Source: a virus
Lineage: Duplodnaviria > Caudoviricetes
Direction: 5' to 3' (one strand)
Length of the DNA: 64,000 bases
IMG/VR virus record: IMGVR_UViG_3300031760_000002
Location: 64,001 to 128,000 of that record
Positions 1 through 9,641 of this stretch are shown piece by piece. The notes beneath the pieces are model-generated. The model made no database searches. It was not told where the DNA came from and was given only the letters and a program-made list of their open reading frames with translations. The position numbers and the translations under genes are program-made. Numbering within the stretch: the stretch's first letter is position 1; every line of letters begins with the position of its first letter.

Positions 1-925
1 GTACCTTTAAAACGGGTTTGTATTCGCACCCGTCCTGCACCTCTTCGTCTGAACCAGACCATACGTCTCCCGCGACGAGGTCAAACGAATCCTGGCCACC
101 GAGCGAAGCCAGTTCTATTTTCGGGCAAAGAAGCAAGGGAACCTGAAGTTGTATTCCGTATTTGCACCCGTCATACGCGTCGTCTTCCGATCCCGATTCC
201 GACAGATCTATCAGCGCGAACGGCCCTTCCGCCGTCTCTTCGGCGATATTGACGGACGGGCAGTAGATAGGGTCTAGGCTGAACGACGCGTCGAACCTGC
301 AATTGTCGTCGCATTCGTCGTTGCTGCAGGACCTCGATATGTCTATGTGAAGATGGCCGTCTTCCGTTTCGTCAGGGCTGCATCTGTCGATGACTTCGAC
401 GTTCGAACCTCCGGACACGTTTATGTTGGCCAGCATGCACGGCACGTCGAACGTGAACTTCTTCCGGAAGTCGCAGTTGTCGTCCGGTGTTCCGGTGCCA
501 CCCTCGGTGTCTCCGTCTCCTGGAAGGGATTCCTCCTTTATCTTTATGTTGCATCCCTCTTCCAGTACAAGCTCTATCGCCGGTACGCACGGAACTACTA
601 CCTCCGGTATCTTCAGGTCCAACGAATACAGGCCGACCGCGCAGTCCCCGCCGCTGCCTCCGCCGCCTCCGGTGCGCCACTCGGCGCTGAAGCCGCCGCC
701 ATACCCTATGTTGGCCTGCACGTCTATGCACGTTACGTCGACGCCAAACTGCACGTCCGGCATGTCTATGACGATCGGAGGGCGTTCGAACGAGGTAGGT
801 ACGAGGTCCGGCAGGTCGCAGGCCGATACGGTCACTATTTCGTCCGGATCCAACGGAGGGCATCCGTCGGGCATGTCGAACGCCCGGCGTACGCACTTTC
901 CAACTGTTTTTTCGCAATATGCCAT
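1..925 (-). CDS. Cys/acidic-rich virion structural protein (runs off the left edge; not in the ORF track)
   Basis: ATG at 925-923 overlaps the TAA of the upstream gene (TAATG). The frame MAYCEKTVGKCVRRAFDMPDGCPP... stays open to the window edge. The + ORF 390..938 is its antisense shadow. Confidence 0.8.
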   Translation of the reverse strand, partial: MAYCEKTVGKCVRRAFDMPDGCPPLDPDEIVTVSACDLPDLVPTSFERPPIVIDMPDVQFGVDVTCIDVQANIGYGGGFSAEWRTGGGGGSGGDCAVGLYSLDLKIPEVVVPCVPAIELVLEEGCNIKIKEESLPGDGDTEGGTGTPDDNCDFRKKFTFDVPCMLANINVSGGSNVEVIDRCSPDETEDGHLHIDISRSCSNDECDDNCRFDASFSLDPIYCPSVNIAEETAEGPFALIDLSESGSEDDAYDGCKYGIQLQVPLLLCPKIELASLGGQDSFDLVAGDVWSGSDEEVQDGCEYKPVLKV

Positions 926-1647
926 TACCTGTACATGAAGCTGTCTATTGTTGCCGACGTCTTTATGAACACGGCCGGTATGCCCTTGTATGTGCCGGAC
1001 GACACGGATACGCCGTCGTCGCCCTTTATCCAGATACTACCATCGGAATCGGACTTTTGTCCATTGAGATAATACAACACCCTGCCATGGCATATCTCGT
1101 TCCTCAGATCCGGGCATATCTGGCCCTTTCCGGCTCCACGAAGAACCTTCAACCGAAGCGCATTCCCGTATACGTCCAGCTCCGTATTGTGGCCATCTAC
1201 GGTCTTTACGGTGCCTACCGACGTCGTACCGCCGCATGACAGCGTATCGACCCCTATGCCATACGGCACCGACAGGACCCTGCTTCGAAGCATCCTTGCC
1301 GGCGACAGCAGAACATATTCGCCGTGCAGCCTTGACATGGATTCGCGGTCGCCGTACGTTATCCTGATCGACATCTCGCCGTCCGACTCTATGAACCTTT
1401 CAGACGATACATGGACGTCGCGATCGAACGCCTCCAACACGAGCCGTACGGACCCGTCCTCAGAAACAGACGCCGATTTCAGGAACACGTCGCTGTTCCT
1501 GTCGCCAAACATGCATACCCTGGCGTCGAGAACAACGGAGCTCGGAAGCGTCTTTCCGCCGCTGCACGAGAAGTCGCTGTCCTCCTCGAACGGAAACGCC
1601 CTGTATGCGTTCTGGTTCAGCCATTCCTGTCGTGTGCTACCTGCCAT
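925..1647 (-). CDS. Baseplate/tail-fibre attachment protein, paralog family member 5
   Basis: N-terminal QEWLNQNAYRAFPF and C-terminal LNGQKSDSDGSI motifs are shared with four upstream neighbours. Confidence 0.6.
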   Translation of the reverse strand: MAGSTRQEWLNQNAYRAFPFEEDSDFSCSGGKTLPSSVVLDARVCMFGDRNSDVFLKSASVSEDGSVRLVLEAFDRDVHVSSERFIESDGEMSIRITYGDRESMSRLHGEYVLLSPARMLRSRVLSVPYGIGVDTLSCGGTTSVGTVKTVDGHNTELDVYGNALRLKVLRGAGKGQICPDLRNEICHGRVLYYLNGQKSDSDGSIWIKGDDGVSVSSGTYKGIPAVFIKTSATIDSFMYR

Positions 1648-2653
1648 TTGAAAGCCCCGGTATGCTTATTTTTATCCCGTTTCCGATCTGAACGGGTCTC
1701 TTCAGCATCTTGCTGGCCTCGTTCACCATGGCGTCTGCGTCCATTTCGGGAAGTATCCTCGGGCTGCTGACCGACATCCTTCCTTCCACCGGTACGACAT
1801 GGACCGAGTTCTTCAAGCCTAGTATATCCTCCGCCACGAGGTTTATGTCCCCGACCTGGGAGGGGCACATCCATATCTCCTCCAGCTTGAACGGGGGAGG
1901 GACGGACGGGCACGGGGGTTCGTCGTTGCTGTCGTCGCATGTATCTACGACCGTCGAAACAGCGTCCTCCTGGTGCGCCTGCCAGCATACGTCCTCCCTG
2001 TCCATCGTAGGGGTCGTAAGCAGCACCGTGTCTTCGCTTTGTTCGCTTATGTCGAACACGGTCCTTCCGACCGCCACGAACAGGAGCTGCCTGACATACA
2101 GGGTGTCCGTCGGAAGCTCGTCGTTCTGCACGTCGAACGACAGCTCGGGCCCGGTATCCTTGTTCTCCAGAACGGGCGTAATGCATCCGTCTCCTACGAA
2201 TTCAACGAATTTCCTCGTGGTCCTGGACCCGTTTCCGACGTCGAACGAATGCACTCCCGGGTGCACGATGACGGAAACGGCGGACGACGCGAATTCGACG
2301 CCGTCGAACTCCCGAACCCGCATCGCCGAAGCCTCCCTGCCCCAACCCGGTCCGCATACCAGCGTACCGGCATGCCTTCCGAGCCCGTCATACAGCTCGA
2401 CCGATCCTCCGGAGAACGACCCGGAAATCGTTCCGTCTCCGACGGATATCTCGACGAGGCCGCCTTTGGAAAAATCCAGCAGCTTCAGAAGGGGGACGGC
2501 ATAGGAATCGACCACCGGATACAGGAATGCGTCGACGAACACGTCAGTTGCAAGCGCCGACGCGTCCCTGTCCTCCATGGACGCGGTCTCCGAGAACGGA
2601 TAGTTCCTGTACGAATTCTCGTTCTCGAACTCCTGGTATCTCTCGGATGTCAT
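1637..2653 (-). CDS. Baseplate/tail-fibre attachment protein, paralog family member 4
   Basis: Start refined to MTSERYQEFENENSYRNYPF, with an ATGA overlap at 2650-2653. Carries the family N-terminal motif. Confidence 0.6.
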   Translation of the reverse strand: MTSERYQEFENENSYRNYPFSETASMEDRDASALATDVFVDAFLYPVVDSYAVPLLKLLDFSKGGLVEISVGDGTISGSFSGGSVELYDGLGRHAGTLVCGPGWGREASAMRVREFDGVEFASSAVSVIVHPGVHSFDVGNGSRTTRKFVEFVGDGCITPVLENKDTGPELSFDVQNDELPTDTLYVRQLLFVAVGRTVFDISEQSEDTVLLTTPTMDREDVCWQAHQEDAVSTVVDTCDDSNDEPPCPSVPPPFKLEEIWMCPSQVGDINLVAEDILGLKNSVHVVPVEGRMSVSSPRILPEMDADAMVNEASKMLKRPVQIGNGIKISIPGLSNGR

Positions 2654-3372
2654 TCTACCTCCTTGAGTTCGGACTCGTCGTGAAGAAACACGACCGCTAT
2701 CCTGCCAAGTTCGTCCGGAACGACCCCGTTTATGTTCTTTATGGGCGGAGACATGGTCTTTGGGCCCGCGTCTACGTCGTAGCATGGGGACGGAACATGG
2801 CCCCTGATCGACGGGCCCGCCTCGAACACGACCTGGGAATTGTCCCCGTCCTCGTGCATCGAAATCGATATGCCGTCCGGAAAATCGAATCCGACTATGC
2901 CGGACGCCTCCTCCCCGGTCTCCACCTTTACGAATTTCTCAAGCCTTCCCACAACCGGCCTTGCAACGGCGGACTCGGACAGCGGGAGTCCAAGCCTGTA
3001 AGTCCGTTTCATTCCGAAATCGACGTTTCCGAACGTAACCATGCCGGATACGCCGGGCATTACCGATTCCATGGCGACGGGGGTGAAAGGCTCGTACCTG
3101 TCTTTCAGCACGTTGCAGTACAATGCCGGCTCCCCTCCAACCAGGATGAAAACAGACGCCATGGACGGGCCTATGTGCATTGATCCGACGGACACCTTGG
3201 CGTCCGACGGCGCCACCGACGACGGAACCACAACGAACGCGTCGACTATCGTGTCCCGCGGAAACCCGTCCGGAAGCGAATCGTCGGCGAACGGAAACGA
3301 CCTGTTGGCGTTTCCGCTCTCCCACTGTTCGGTCTCCACCGAATTACCGACAAGCCAGTTTGGCTGCATCAT
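2650..3372 (-). CDS. Baseplate/tail-fibre attachment protein, paralog family member 3
   Basis: ATGA overlap at 3369-3372. Motifs EQWESGNANRSFPF and INGVVPDELGRI. Confidence 0.6.
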   Translation of the reverse strand: MMQPNWLVGNSVETEQWESGNANRSFPFADDSLPDGFPRDTIVDAFVVVPSSVAPSDAKVSVGSMHIGPSMASVFILVGGEPALYCNVLKDRYEPFTPVAMESVMPGVSGMVTFGNVDFGMKRTYRLGLPLSESAVARPVVGRLEKFVKVETGEEASGIVGFDFPDGISISMHEDGDNSQVVFEAGPSIRGHVPSPCYDVDAGPKTMSPPIKNINGVVPDELGRIAVVFLHDESELKEVE

Positions 3373-5066
3373 GTCTCCTGCCTTACCGTTAGGTCCCTTC
3401 GAAGAGATTTCGTAGTCCAGCATTTGCCGTCTTCGTCCGGCAATATCTTCGGCATGTCATCTCCGCCGGAGTAGTCTCCGTCGTTGCTGTCCAGCGACAG
3501 GTCGACCTCGGGCTCCACGAAATTGTATTCCGGCAGGAAGTCGCCGAAATGCGCCGTGTAGTCAGCGTCGTTTGAATCGTTAGAATCGACGTCGAAAGCG
3601 GTATGCCAGTAAAGATCGTTGCTGAAGTCGTTGCTGTAGTCCGGGAAATCGCCACCGCCACCTTCCGGGCACTCTATCTCCTCCCTCCACGAGAAAATGA
3701 CGAAACCTTCAACCATGCACTCCTTGGACGGTGTTGTCGTCTTCCCCCTGGCACCGTACAGCCGTATCGTAACGCCGGATCCGGCCGGTACCGGTATGTT
3801 GTCCTTTACGAAGACGCCATCGCATTCTATGACGCGGTTGTTCACGCGGGTCCATGTGCTTCCGGCCCCGTTCGGCTCCAGTATATTCGCCATTACGATC
3901 TTCTGCGGGCTCATCTTGGCGACGACAAGCGCCTCGACGTCCTTCGCGGACATATTCTTTAGCGACACCACCGCCTGCGAACGATCGATCGATCCACTTA
4001 TCTGCTGGGAAAGCGGCTTCGAACTGAGACCCATGTTCTGGCTGTGCGCGTCGCCATGGTCGTATCCCTGCCCCATGATGACGATGCGCGCAACGAGCTC
4101 CTCCGGCTTCAGATGCTTCAGCCTCTCGTTGAACATCTCCGCCTGCCCGTTGTACGTGTATGCGCTGTCAATCAGGTCGTTATACGACGCTACGACGTCC
4201 TTGCTCTGCGACGCGAGCCTGTTGTTTATCTCCATGAACGCGTCGCACTGGCAGCATGCCGTGCACCTGCCGTTCAAAAGTATGTGCACGTTCTTTATAT
4301 AAGCTTGCGAAGCGTCTTTATGAAGCACCTGGTATACCCTGTGCTCATCCGGCGATATCTGGTAGCATTGGTCGGACTCGAACACCACGTTTCCGTCCTC
4401 GTCGGGCCTCATGGATCCCCTGTTCGGAACGATGTCGTTGCTGCAATCCTCGTCGCACGGCACCGTACCGAGGCCCAGACCCGGACCCGCCGCCACGACT
4501 ATGCCGTCCACGTCGTCCATGCCCGGCCTTACCGGTATGTACGACGCCATTCCCAGATCGTCTCCGACATAGGTGTTGTATCCGGCAAGTATCTTCACGT
4601 CACCCGTTATTCCAGCGTCCGTAAGGATATCCACGGACGACCCCGGATCATGGTTGTACAGCGATATGCTGGTGACTCGTTCCGGCTCGATCGAGCAGGC
4701 CGCCGGGTCCATCCTGTACGGACCGGCGAACGTCCTACCGGCCATCTCCCTCACGTGGTGGTTCTCCACAACGAAGAAGCACCACGACGACTTGGCGACG
4801 GAATAGACGGAATCCGACAGTGGCACGTCGAAATCGACGCTTGACGCCACCTTTCCGTCCTTTCCCACCTTCAATGCGGAAAACCTTATCGACGATACGC
4901 TGGGCTCTATGCTGCCTATGCACACGCGGAGGCCGTCCTCGTTGCGGTACAGCGTGGCAGAACCGTCGGCGAACATGCGCGCCGCGTCCCTGTCCAGCCC
5001 CGGGTCATCGCCGTCCAACGGCCATGCCGTATTGGTGTTAGACGTAAGGTATCCCACATTCGTCAT
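3369..5066 (-). CDS. Baseplate/tail-fibre attachment protein, paralog family member 2, with acidic SND-repeat tail
   Basis: Start MTNVGYLTSNTNTAWPL with AGGTG RBS. Contains RPDEDGNV and CTACCQC followed by a coiled coil. Confidence 0.6.
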   Translation of the reverse strand: MTNVGYLTSNTNTAWPLDGDDPGLDRDAARMFADGSATLYRNEDGLRVCIGSIEPSVSSIRFSALKVGKDGKVASSVDFDVPLSDSVYSVAKSSWCFFVVENHHVREMAGRTFAGPYRMDPAACSIEPERVTSISLYNHDPGSSVDILTDAGITGDVKILAGYNTYVGDDLGMASYIPVRPGMDDVDGIVVAAGPGLGLGTVPCDEDCSNDIVPNRGSMRPDEDGNVVFESDQCYQISPDEHRVYQVLHKDASQAYIKNVHILLNGRCTACCQCDAFMEINNRLASQSKDVVASYNDLIDSAYTYNGQAEMFNERLKHLKPEELVARIVIMGQGYDHGDAHSQNMGLSSKPLSQQISGSIDRSQAVVSLKNMSAKDVEALVVAKMSPQKIVMANILEPNGAGSTWTRVNNRVIECDGVFVKDNIPVPAGSGVTIRLYGARGKTTTPSKECMVEGFVIFSWREEIECPEGGGGDFPDYSNDFSNDLYWHTAFDVDSNDSNDADYTAHFGDFLPEYNFVEPEVDLSLDSNDGDYSGGDDMPKILPDEDGKCWTTKSLRRDLTVRQET

Positions 5067-5073
5067 GCGACAC

Positions 5074-6003
5074 CTATACCCGCTCGACCTTGCCATTGTC
5101 GGACAGCAGCACGTTCATCGTGAACTCGCTGATCCTCTGGCTCAGGCTTTCTGCAAACGCTGAAAGCCTCATCTGGGAAGTCGTTATCTCGTTTGTCTTC
5201 TGGTTGAGGAAGGTGAGCTCCGCGCATCCGCAGCACGGCTTGGAGCAGTTGTCCGATATCTTTATGCGGCCGTCGGACGTCTCGACCTCGACGCATTCCC
5301 CGTCGCCTTCTATTATCACGTCCTGCACGCTTATACCGTTCACCGTTTTGACCACGTTTCGGTTGTCCTGCATGTTGCATTCGCACTTCTCGTTGTAGTC
5401 GTAATCGGACCTGGCGTGTATTATGATGGCGTTGTGCGGCTCGTCGAACTCCAGCCGCACGTTCCTGCCGGCTACGAGGGCCACGTCGCCCCTGAACCTC
5501 TTCGACTCGAAGGACCCGACCGCGTTCGTGACGTATAGACCGCTTACGCACGGTACGGTAGGCCTTATGCACCGCGCCTCGAACAAGGTCTCCGACGGGT
5601 TGAACGAATAAATTCCGTCCGGAAGCTCGTCGGACGACTTGTACAGGTTCCCGAATACGACCGTCCCCCTGATGTCGTCGTGCCTTCCGGTTCCGAAGAA
5701 ATTTACTGGCACGTAGTCGTCGTCGGATACCGCCGTAGACGCCGTTGCAACCGGCTCAAGGGTGTCCGCGTCCGAGAATACGGCCGTAACGACCCCGTTG
5801 ATCGACGTAAGGCCGCTCAGGAACACGGACGGAGGCGAATCGTAGCTGGTGGTGGCCATCGTCATGTCAAGGAACATGCCGTTTGGTATACGGTAGTCGC
5901 TGGACAGCACCCCGTCGATCACGGGGCGCATCTGCATGTCCTCGCAAAACGGGTATGCCCTCTGCGAGTTCTGGTTGAGCCACTCTGCGTTTATCGTCGG
6001 CAT
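5074..6003 (-). CDS. Baseplate/tail-fibre attachment protein, paralog family member 1
   Basis: AEWLNQNSQRAYPF at the N-terminus. CSKPCCGCAEL followed by a C-terminal coiled coil. Confidence 0.6.
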   Translation of the reverse strand: MPTINAEWLNQNSQRAYPFCEDMQMRPVIDGVLSSDYRIPNGMFLDMTMATTSYDSPPSVFLSGLTSINGVVTAVFSDADTLEPVATASTAVSDDDYVPVNFFGTGRHDDIRGTVVFGNLYKSSDELPDGIYSFNPSETLFEARCIRPTVPCVSGLYVTNAVGSFESKRFRGDVALVAGRNVRLEFDEPHNAIIIHARSDYDYNEKCECNMQDNRNVVKTVNGISVQDVIIEGDGECVEVETSDGRIKISDNCSKPCCGCAELTFLNQKTNEITTSQMRLSAFAESLSQRISEFTMNVLLSDNGKVERV

Positions 6004-6004
6004 G

Positions 6005-8998
6005 TCACTTAAGGGCGTTTATCATCCTGGTAAGTATCGTTACGAGATCGTAGCTGTTGGCCATCCTCGACGTCTTTGCGGCCGCCTTGCGCAGGTTCAG
6101 CACGGTCTGCGTAACCAGGTCGGCGACCTCGTCGTCGGAGGAGACGTCGATGTCGACGACCTTCTCTATCTCCCACCTGAGGTTGAGGATTCCGACGGCT
6201 CCCGTATACGGCGTACCGGAATCAGGATCCGACCTGGAGAAGCGGACGGATACCGTGTATCCGGGCTTTATGCCGAACACAGTACCCGAAAGCATGTTGG
6301 CGTCGAAGTACGACTTGCAATCGTCCTTAGTCGGAAAAGCGTGGTCCATGACCTGTACCGACTTGCCCAGCAGCGGATCGATCGACGAATCGTTATGGAT
6401 GAGCAGCGGATCGTACGCCGTGTACCGGTAGAACCCGTCGTTGCCCATGGTTCCGAACGGAACGTTCAATACGAACGGCTCGTCGGGTTTTATCAAGCCG
6501 GTCTTCAGGTTCGCGTTCTCCACCAGGCCCCCATTTACCGAATTGTAGTCAGGGAGGATATTGTAGTCCATCTTTATACCGGCCGTAAGCGGGACGTCGT
6601 TTCCGTCGAACGATTCCTCTCCGAACACGGTGGCGTAGAACTTGACCCTGTATACGCCGTATTCGGCGGTGGCCGGTACATGGAACTTGGCCACGAATCC
6701 GGTAGGTATGTTCGACCCGGATCCAGGCGTCCACTTCAAAAACCTGACATACGGGAACATGCCTATGGATTCCAGCTTCGCGTTCTCAAGGGCAACGGTC
6801 TCGAAATCCCCTGCGTACTGCGCCCCGTCGGCCGAAATGGTTACGGTGCCCTGCCCGTCCGGCATTCCGGACCTCTTCGATATGGATATGCCGGGACCGG
6901 CGACTATCTTCTCGACCAACGGGCCCAGAAGCAGCTTTCCGGACCTTGTCGCCTTCACCGCCTTGTATCCCTCCACGTTCATGTCGGATATGCCGAGCGA
7001 CAAATCAACGTCCAGCTCAAGGTCGCCGACGGTAGCGTCGTCCGTCGTACCGCACCTCTTTATCGTTATCGGGGAATCGACTGCCGGGTGCAGGGACGTA
7101 ACGGGGCCAGTTTCCGAGTGGAACTCGGAAACGAAATGGAACAGAAGCCTGTATTCGTCCTCCACGTCCACGTTCGGGTACGTGGACGGCCACGGCTGCC
7201 TCCCTTCCGTCGGATCCCTCCAGTAGATGCTGTCGTCCCCTATCGCGTACACCGCGGGAGAGTCGGCCCAGGTAGAACCCGGAAACATGTGGTACGACTC
7301 CAATTCGACCCCGTTAAGCATAAGCGACCCGGATCTGGCCGGGACCGGCGGAAAATGCTTCTTCAGGTCGTTGTCAAACTCGATATTGTACCTGTAGCAC
7401 GCACCGATGACCGGAAAGAAAACGGAAGCTTCCGCGGAGTCACCGACTTTCAGGGACCCGCTACCGACCAGCTTGTACGACATGCCGTTGTTCATGCCGA
7501 ACACGGTATACGGCTCGTCTATCTTGGACACCGATCGTCCTCCGATTCCTGACGACAGCGACTCTCCGGTTGCCTCGTCGAATACGACTGCGAACCACAC
7601 CTGGTCCGAATTGCTGTTTACGGGATCGGAACCGGCGACCTCGCCGAAACACAGCACCTGTTTCAAAAGCTCGTCGTATATGGCCGTATCGCACTCCATC
7701 GACAGCGCCACCATGGACTCGTACGGCGTTCCGCCCTTGAGAACCTTTATTGCGTCCTCGTGGCCCTCGGTACCGTCGCCGTTCACATTCGTGAACACGA
7801 AATCCTGTCCGTCTATCGTGATTACGCTGCCTATCGCATCGGACATTGACGTGAGATCGTAGACGTTTTCCGGCACATGGAACTTTATCTCGTTCTTCTG
7901 CCTGTTGGGATACCCGGACAGCACCAGGGTATAATCCCCGAACTGCGTATTGGCGTTCACCGAGCAGTCCGACCATCCCCTTGACGTCTTTCTGCTCACC
8001 GTCCATGTCCTGTCCTCAACGGAGGTCCATCCGGCCTGGAACGGGCTTGCTTCCGACATCCCGTAAGACGGTTCCAGCCTTACAGACATTCCAAGGTTGC
8101 CGATCATGGCCTCGTCGCCGAAGAACCTTATCTCCGCGCGTCCAGAACCGCTGTCTCCGCCATGGGCCGACCATGTGACGTAGCACGGCCACGAGGACGG
8201 CTCGTTGCCGGAGTCCGAAGATACCGATACGGTGTACGAAGCCTCGTCGGACGACGTGTAGTCGCCGCCTACGACAAGCCTTGGTATGCCGGAGAACGCC
8301 GGGGTGTCGCTCGAATCGTTGGAGTCCTCCGGCTCCACATAGTTGTCCGGATAGAAACCGACAACCCTTATCTTTCCGTTCTCCTCGACGGTAGTCCCGG
8401 CCGGCGCAGGCTCGAGGACGTACGTCCTGTGCGAATGCGCCTCTATGTCCATGTGCTGGGGGTTTATGATGGCGAACGAACCAGAATAAGTTCCGTTGAC
8501 CTGGGTATTTTCTGCAAAAAACCCAACCAGTATCCTAGGTCCAGTAGGAAATCTTGTTATCTTGCCCGGAGTGGACGACGACAGGTAGTACTGCCCGCTC
8601 ATGAACGTCTCGTCGGACATGGACCCGACGTCCAGATCGTGTATGTCGACCCTGCCGTAAAGGACGACCGTTCCGGTCATGTCGGTCTTCGATATAAGAA
8701 GTCCGACCGCATACGCCTTTTCGGACGCCGTATACGCGTCGTACAGGTCCATCGAAGCTATGGCCTTCCTGTACCTCTTGGTTTCAGGGTCTACGCACAC
8801 CACATCTCCGACAGACGGGGTATCCGACTCCGAAAGCAAAACCTGTATCTGGAGGCTCGAATGCCCGTCTCCGAGCTCGTCAAGCCGGTTCTTCAGGTAG
8901 TCCGTCCTGGCCGTAAGTTCGCCTATCGGCCTGTTGAACGTCTCAGCGTCTACGAACTGGCCGTCCCTGAGGCCCTTTACTTCGTTCCAAATAGCCAT
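6005..8998 (-). CDS. Large baseplate/tail-fibre-associated structural protein (997 aa)
   Basis: N-terminal NRPIGELTARTDYLK helix is typical of fibre/baseplate anchors. Beta-rich acidic composition. Lies downstream of the wedge genes. Confidence 0.55.
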   Translation of the reverse strand: MAIWNEVKGLRDGQFVDAETFNRPIGELTARTDYLKNRLDELGDGHSSLQIQVLLSESDTPSVGDVVCVDPETKRYRKAIASMDLYDAYTASEKAYAVGLLISKTDMTGTVVLYGRVDIHDLDVGSMSDETFMSGQYYLSSSTPGKITRFPTGPRILVGFFAENTQVNGTYSGSFAIINPQHMDIEAHSHRTYVLEPAPAGTTVEENGKIRVVGFYPDNYVEPEDSNDSSDTPAFSGIPRLVVGGDYTSSDEASYTVSVSSDSGNEPSSWPCYVTWSAHGGDSGSGRAEIRFFGDEAMIGNLGMSVRLEPSYGMSEASPFQAGWTSVEDRTWTVSRKTSRGWSDCSVNANTQFGDYTLVLSGYPNRQKNEIKFHVPENVYDLTSMSDAIGSVITIDGQDFVFTNVNGDGTEGHEDAIKVLKGGTPYESMVALSMECDTAIYDELLKQVLCFGEVAGSDPVNSNSDQVWFAVVFDEATGESLSSGIGGRSVSKIDEPYTVFGMNNGMSYKLVGSGSLKVGDSAEASVFFPVIGACYRYNIEFDNDLKKHFPPVPARSGSLMLNGVELESYHMFPGSTWADSPAVYAIGDDSIYWRDPTEGRQPWPSTYPNVDVEDEYRLLFHFVSEFHSETGPVTSLHPAVDSPITIKRCGTTDDATVGDLELDVDLSLGISDMNVEGYKAVKATRSGKLLLGPLVEKIVAGPGISISKRSGMPDGQGTVTISADGAQYAGDFETVALENAKLESIGMFPYVRFLKWTPGSGSNIPTGFVAKFHVPATAEYGVYRVKFYATVFGEESFDGNDVPLTAGIKMDYNILPDYNSVNGGLVENANLKTGLIKPDEPFVLNVPFGTMGNDGFYRYTAYDPLLIHNDSSIDPLLGKSVQVMDHAFPTKDDCKSYFDANMLSGTVFGIKPGYTVSVRFSRSDPDSGTPYTGAVGILNLRWEIEKVVDIDVSSDDEVADLVTQTVLNLRKAAAKTSRMANSYDLVTILTRMINALK

Positions 8999-9008
8999 GT
9001 CAAAACCC

Positions 9009-9641
9009 CTATTCGAAGGTTACCCGCCAGTCTATCGCCAATTCGTAGCTGTCCGGCTTCTTCCGGTACGTCTTTCCGTCCTTCGACAGATCGACCATGG
9101 CCAGCACGGTGTACTTTTCATCGTCGTCGCACGGTATTCCGTCGCCGAGCAACACGGCCCTGTACATGGTGTCACCGGAATGCAGCTTTCCGGCAAACCT
9201 GGAGTCTCCGGACGTATCCATCCCGTATTCACCGTCCACGTTTGACCTGGTAACGGCATGGAACTCGACCACGTTTCCGCGGTACAGGGGCTGGTCGTTG
9301 GAATCGACCACCTCGGATACGTCTATGGACGGTTTCCTGCTGAACCTGGCCACCTGTATGTTCCCTTCCAGATCCTTGGTCATCTGCCTGACATACTTCC
9401 AATCCATGTCCCTCGTTATCGGAGGAAGCGGATTCTCAGACTCCGGGCCGTAGATGAAACCTATGTATTTCGGTACCTTGGACGTGTCACCGCCGTACGC
9501 GGCGGCCAAAATGTCCGCGGCCGAATACGACATCATGTTGTTGGCCTCGAACGAATCTCCGCAGGATTCGCCGTCGGTCCACCTTGCACGGATCCGGCCG
9601 TGCGCCATGCTTGCCCTGTAGGTATCAGTCATCGTAGTCAT
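9009..9641 (-). CDS. Baseplate protein (fibre-attachment/wedge class)
   Basis: Follows the J/I-like wedge genes. C-terminal YELAIDWRVTFE strand resembles gpH-N/wedge proteins. Confidence 0.45.
   Translation of the reverse strand: MTTMTDTYRASMAHGRIRARWTDGESCGDSFEANNMMSYSAADILAAAYGGDTSKVPKYIGFIYGPESENPLPPITRDMDWKYVRQMTKDLEGNIQVARFSRKPSIDVSEVVDSNDQPLYRGNVVEFHAVTRSNVDGEYGMDTSGDSRFAGKLHSGDTMYRAVLLGDGIPCDDDEKYTVLAMVDLSKDGKTYRKKPDSYELAIDWRVTFE

Noticed and set aside
372-917. 181-aa minus-strand ORF in the track
   Set aside because: It is an Arg-rich alternative frame. The coupled frame starting at 925 is the credible gene.
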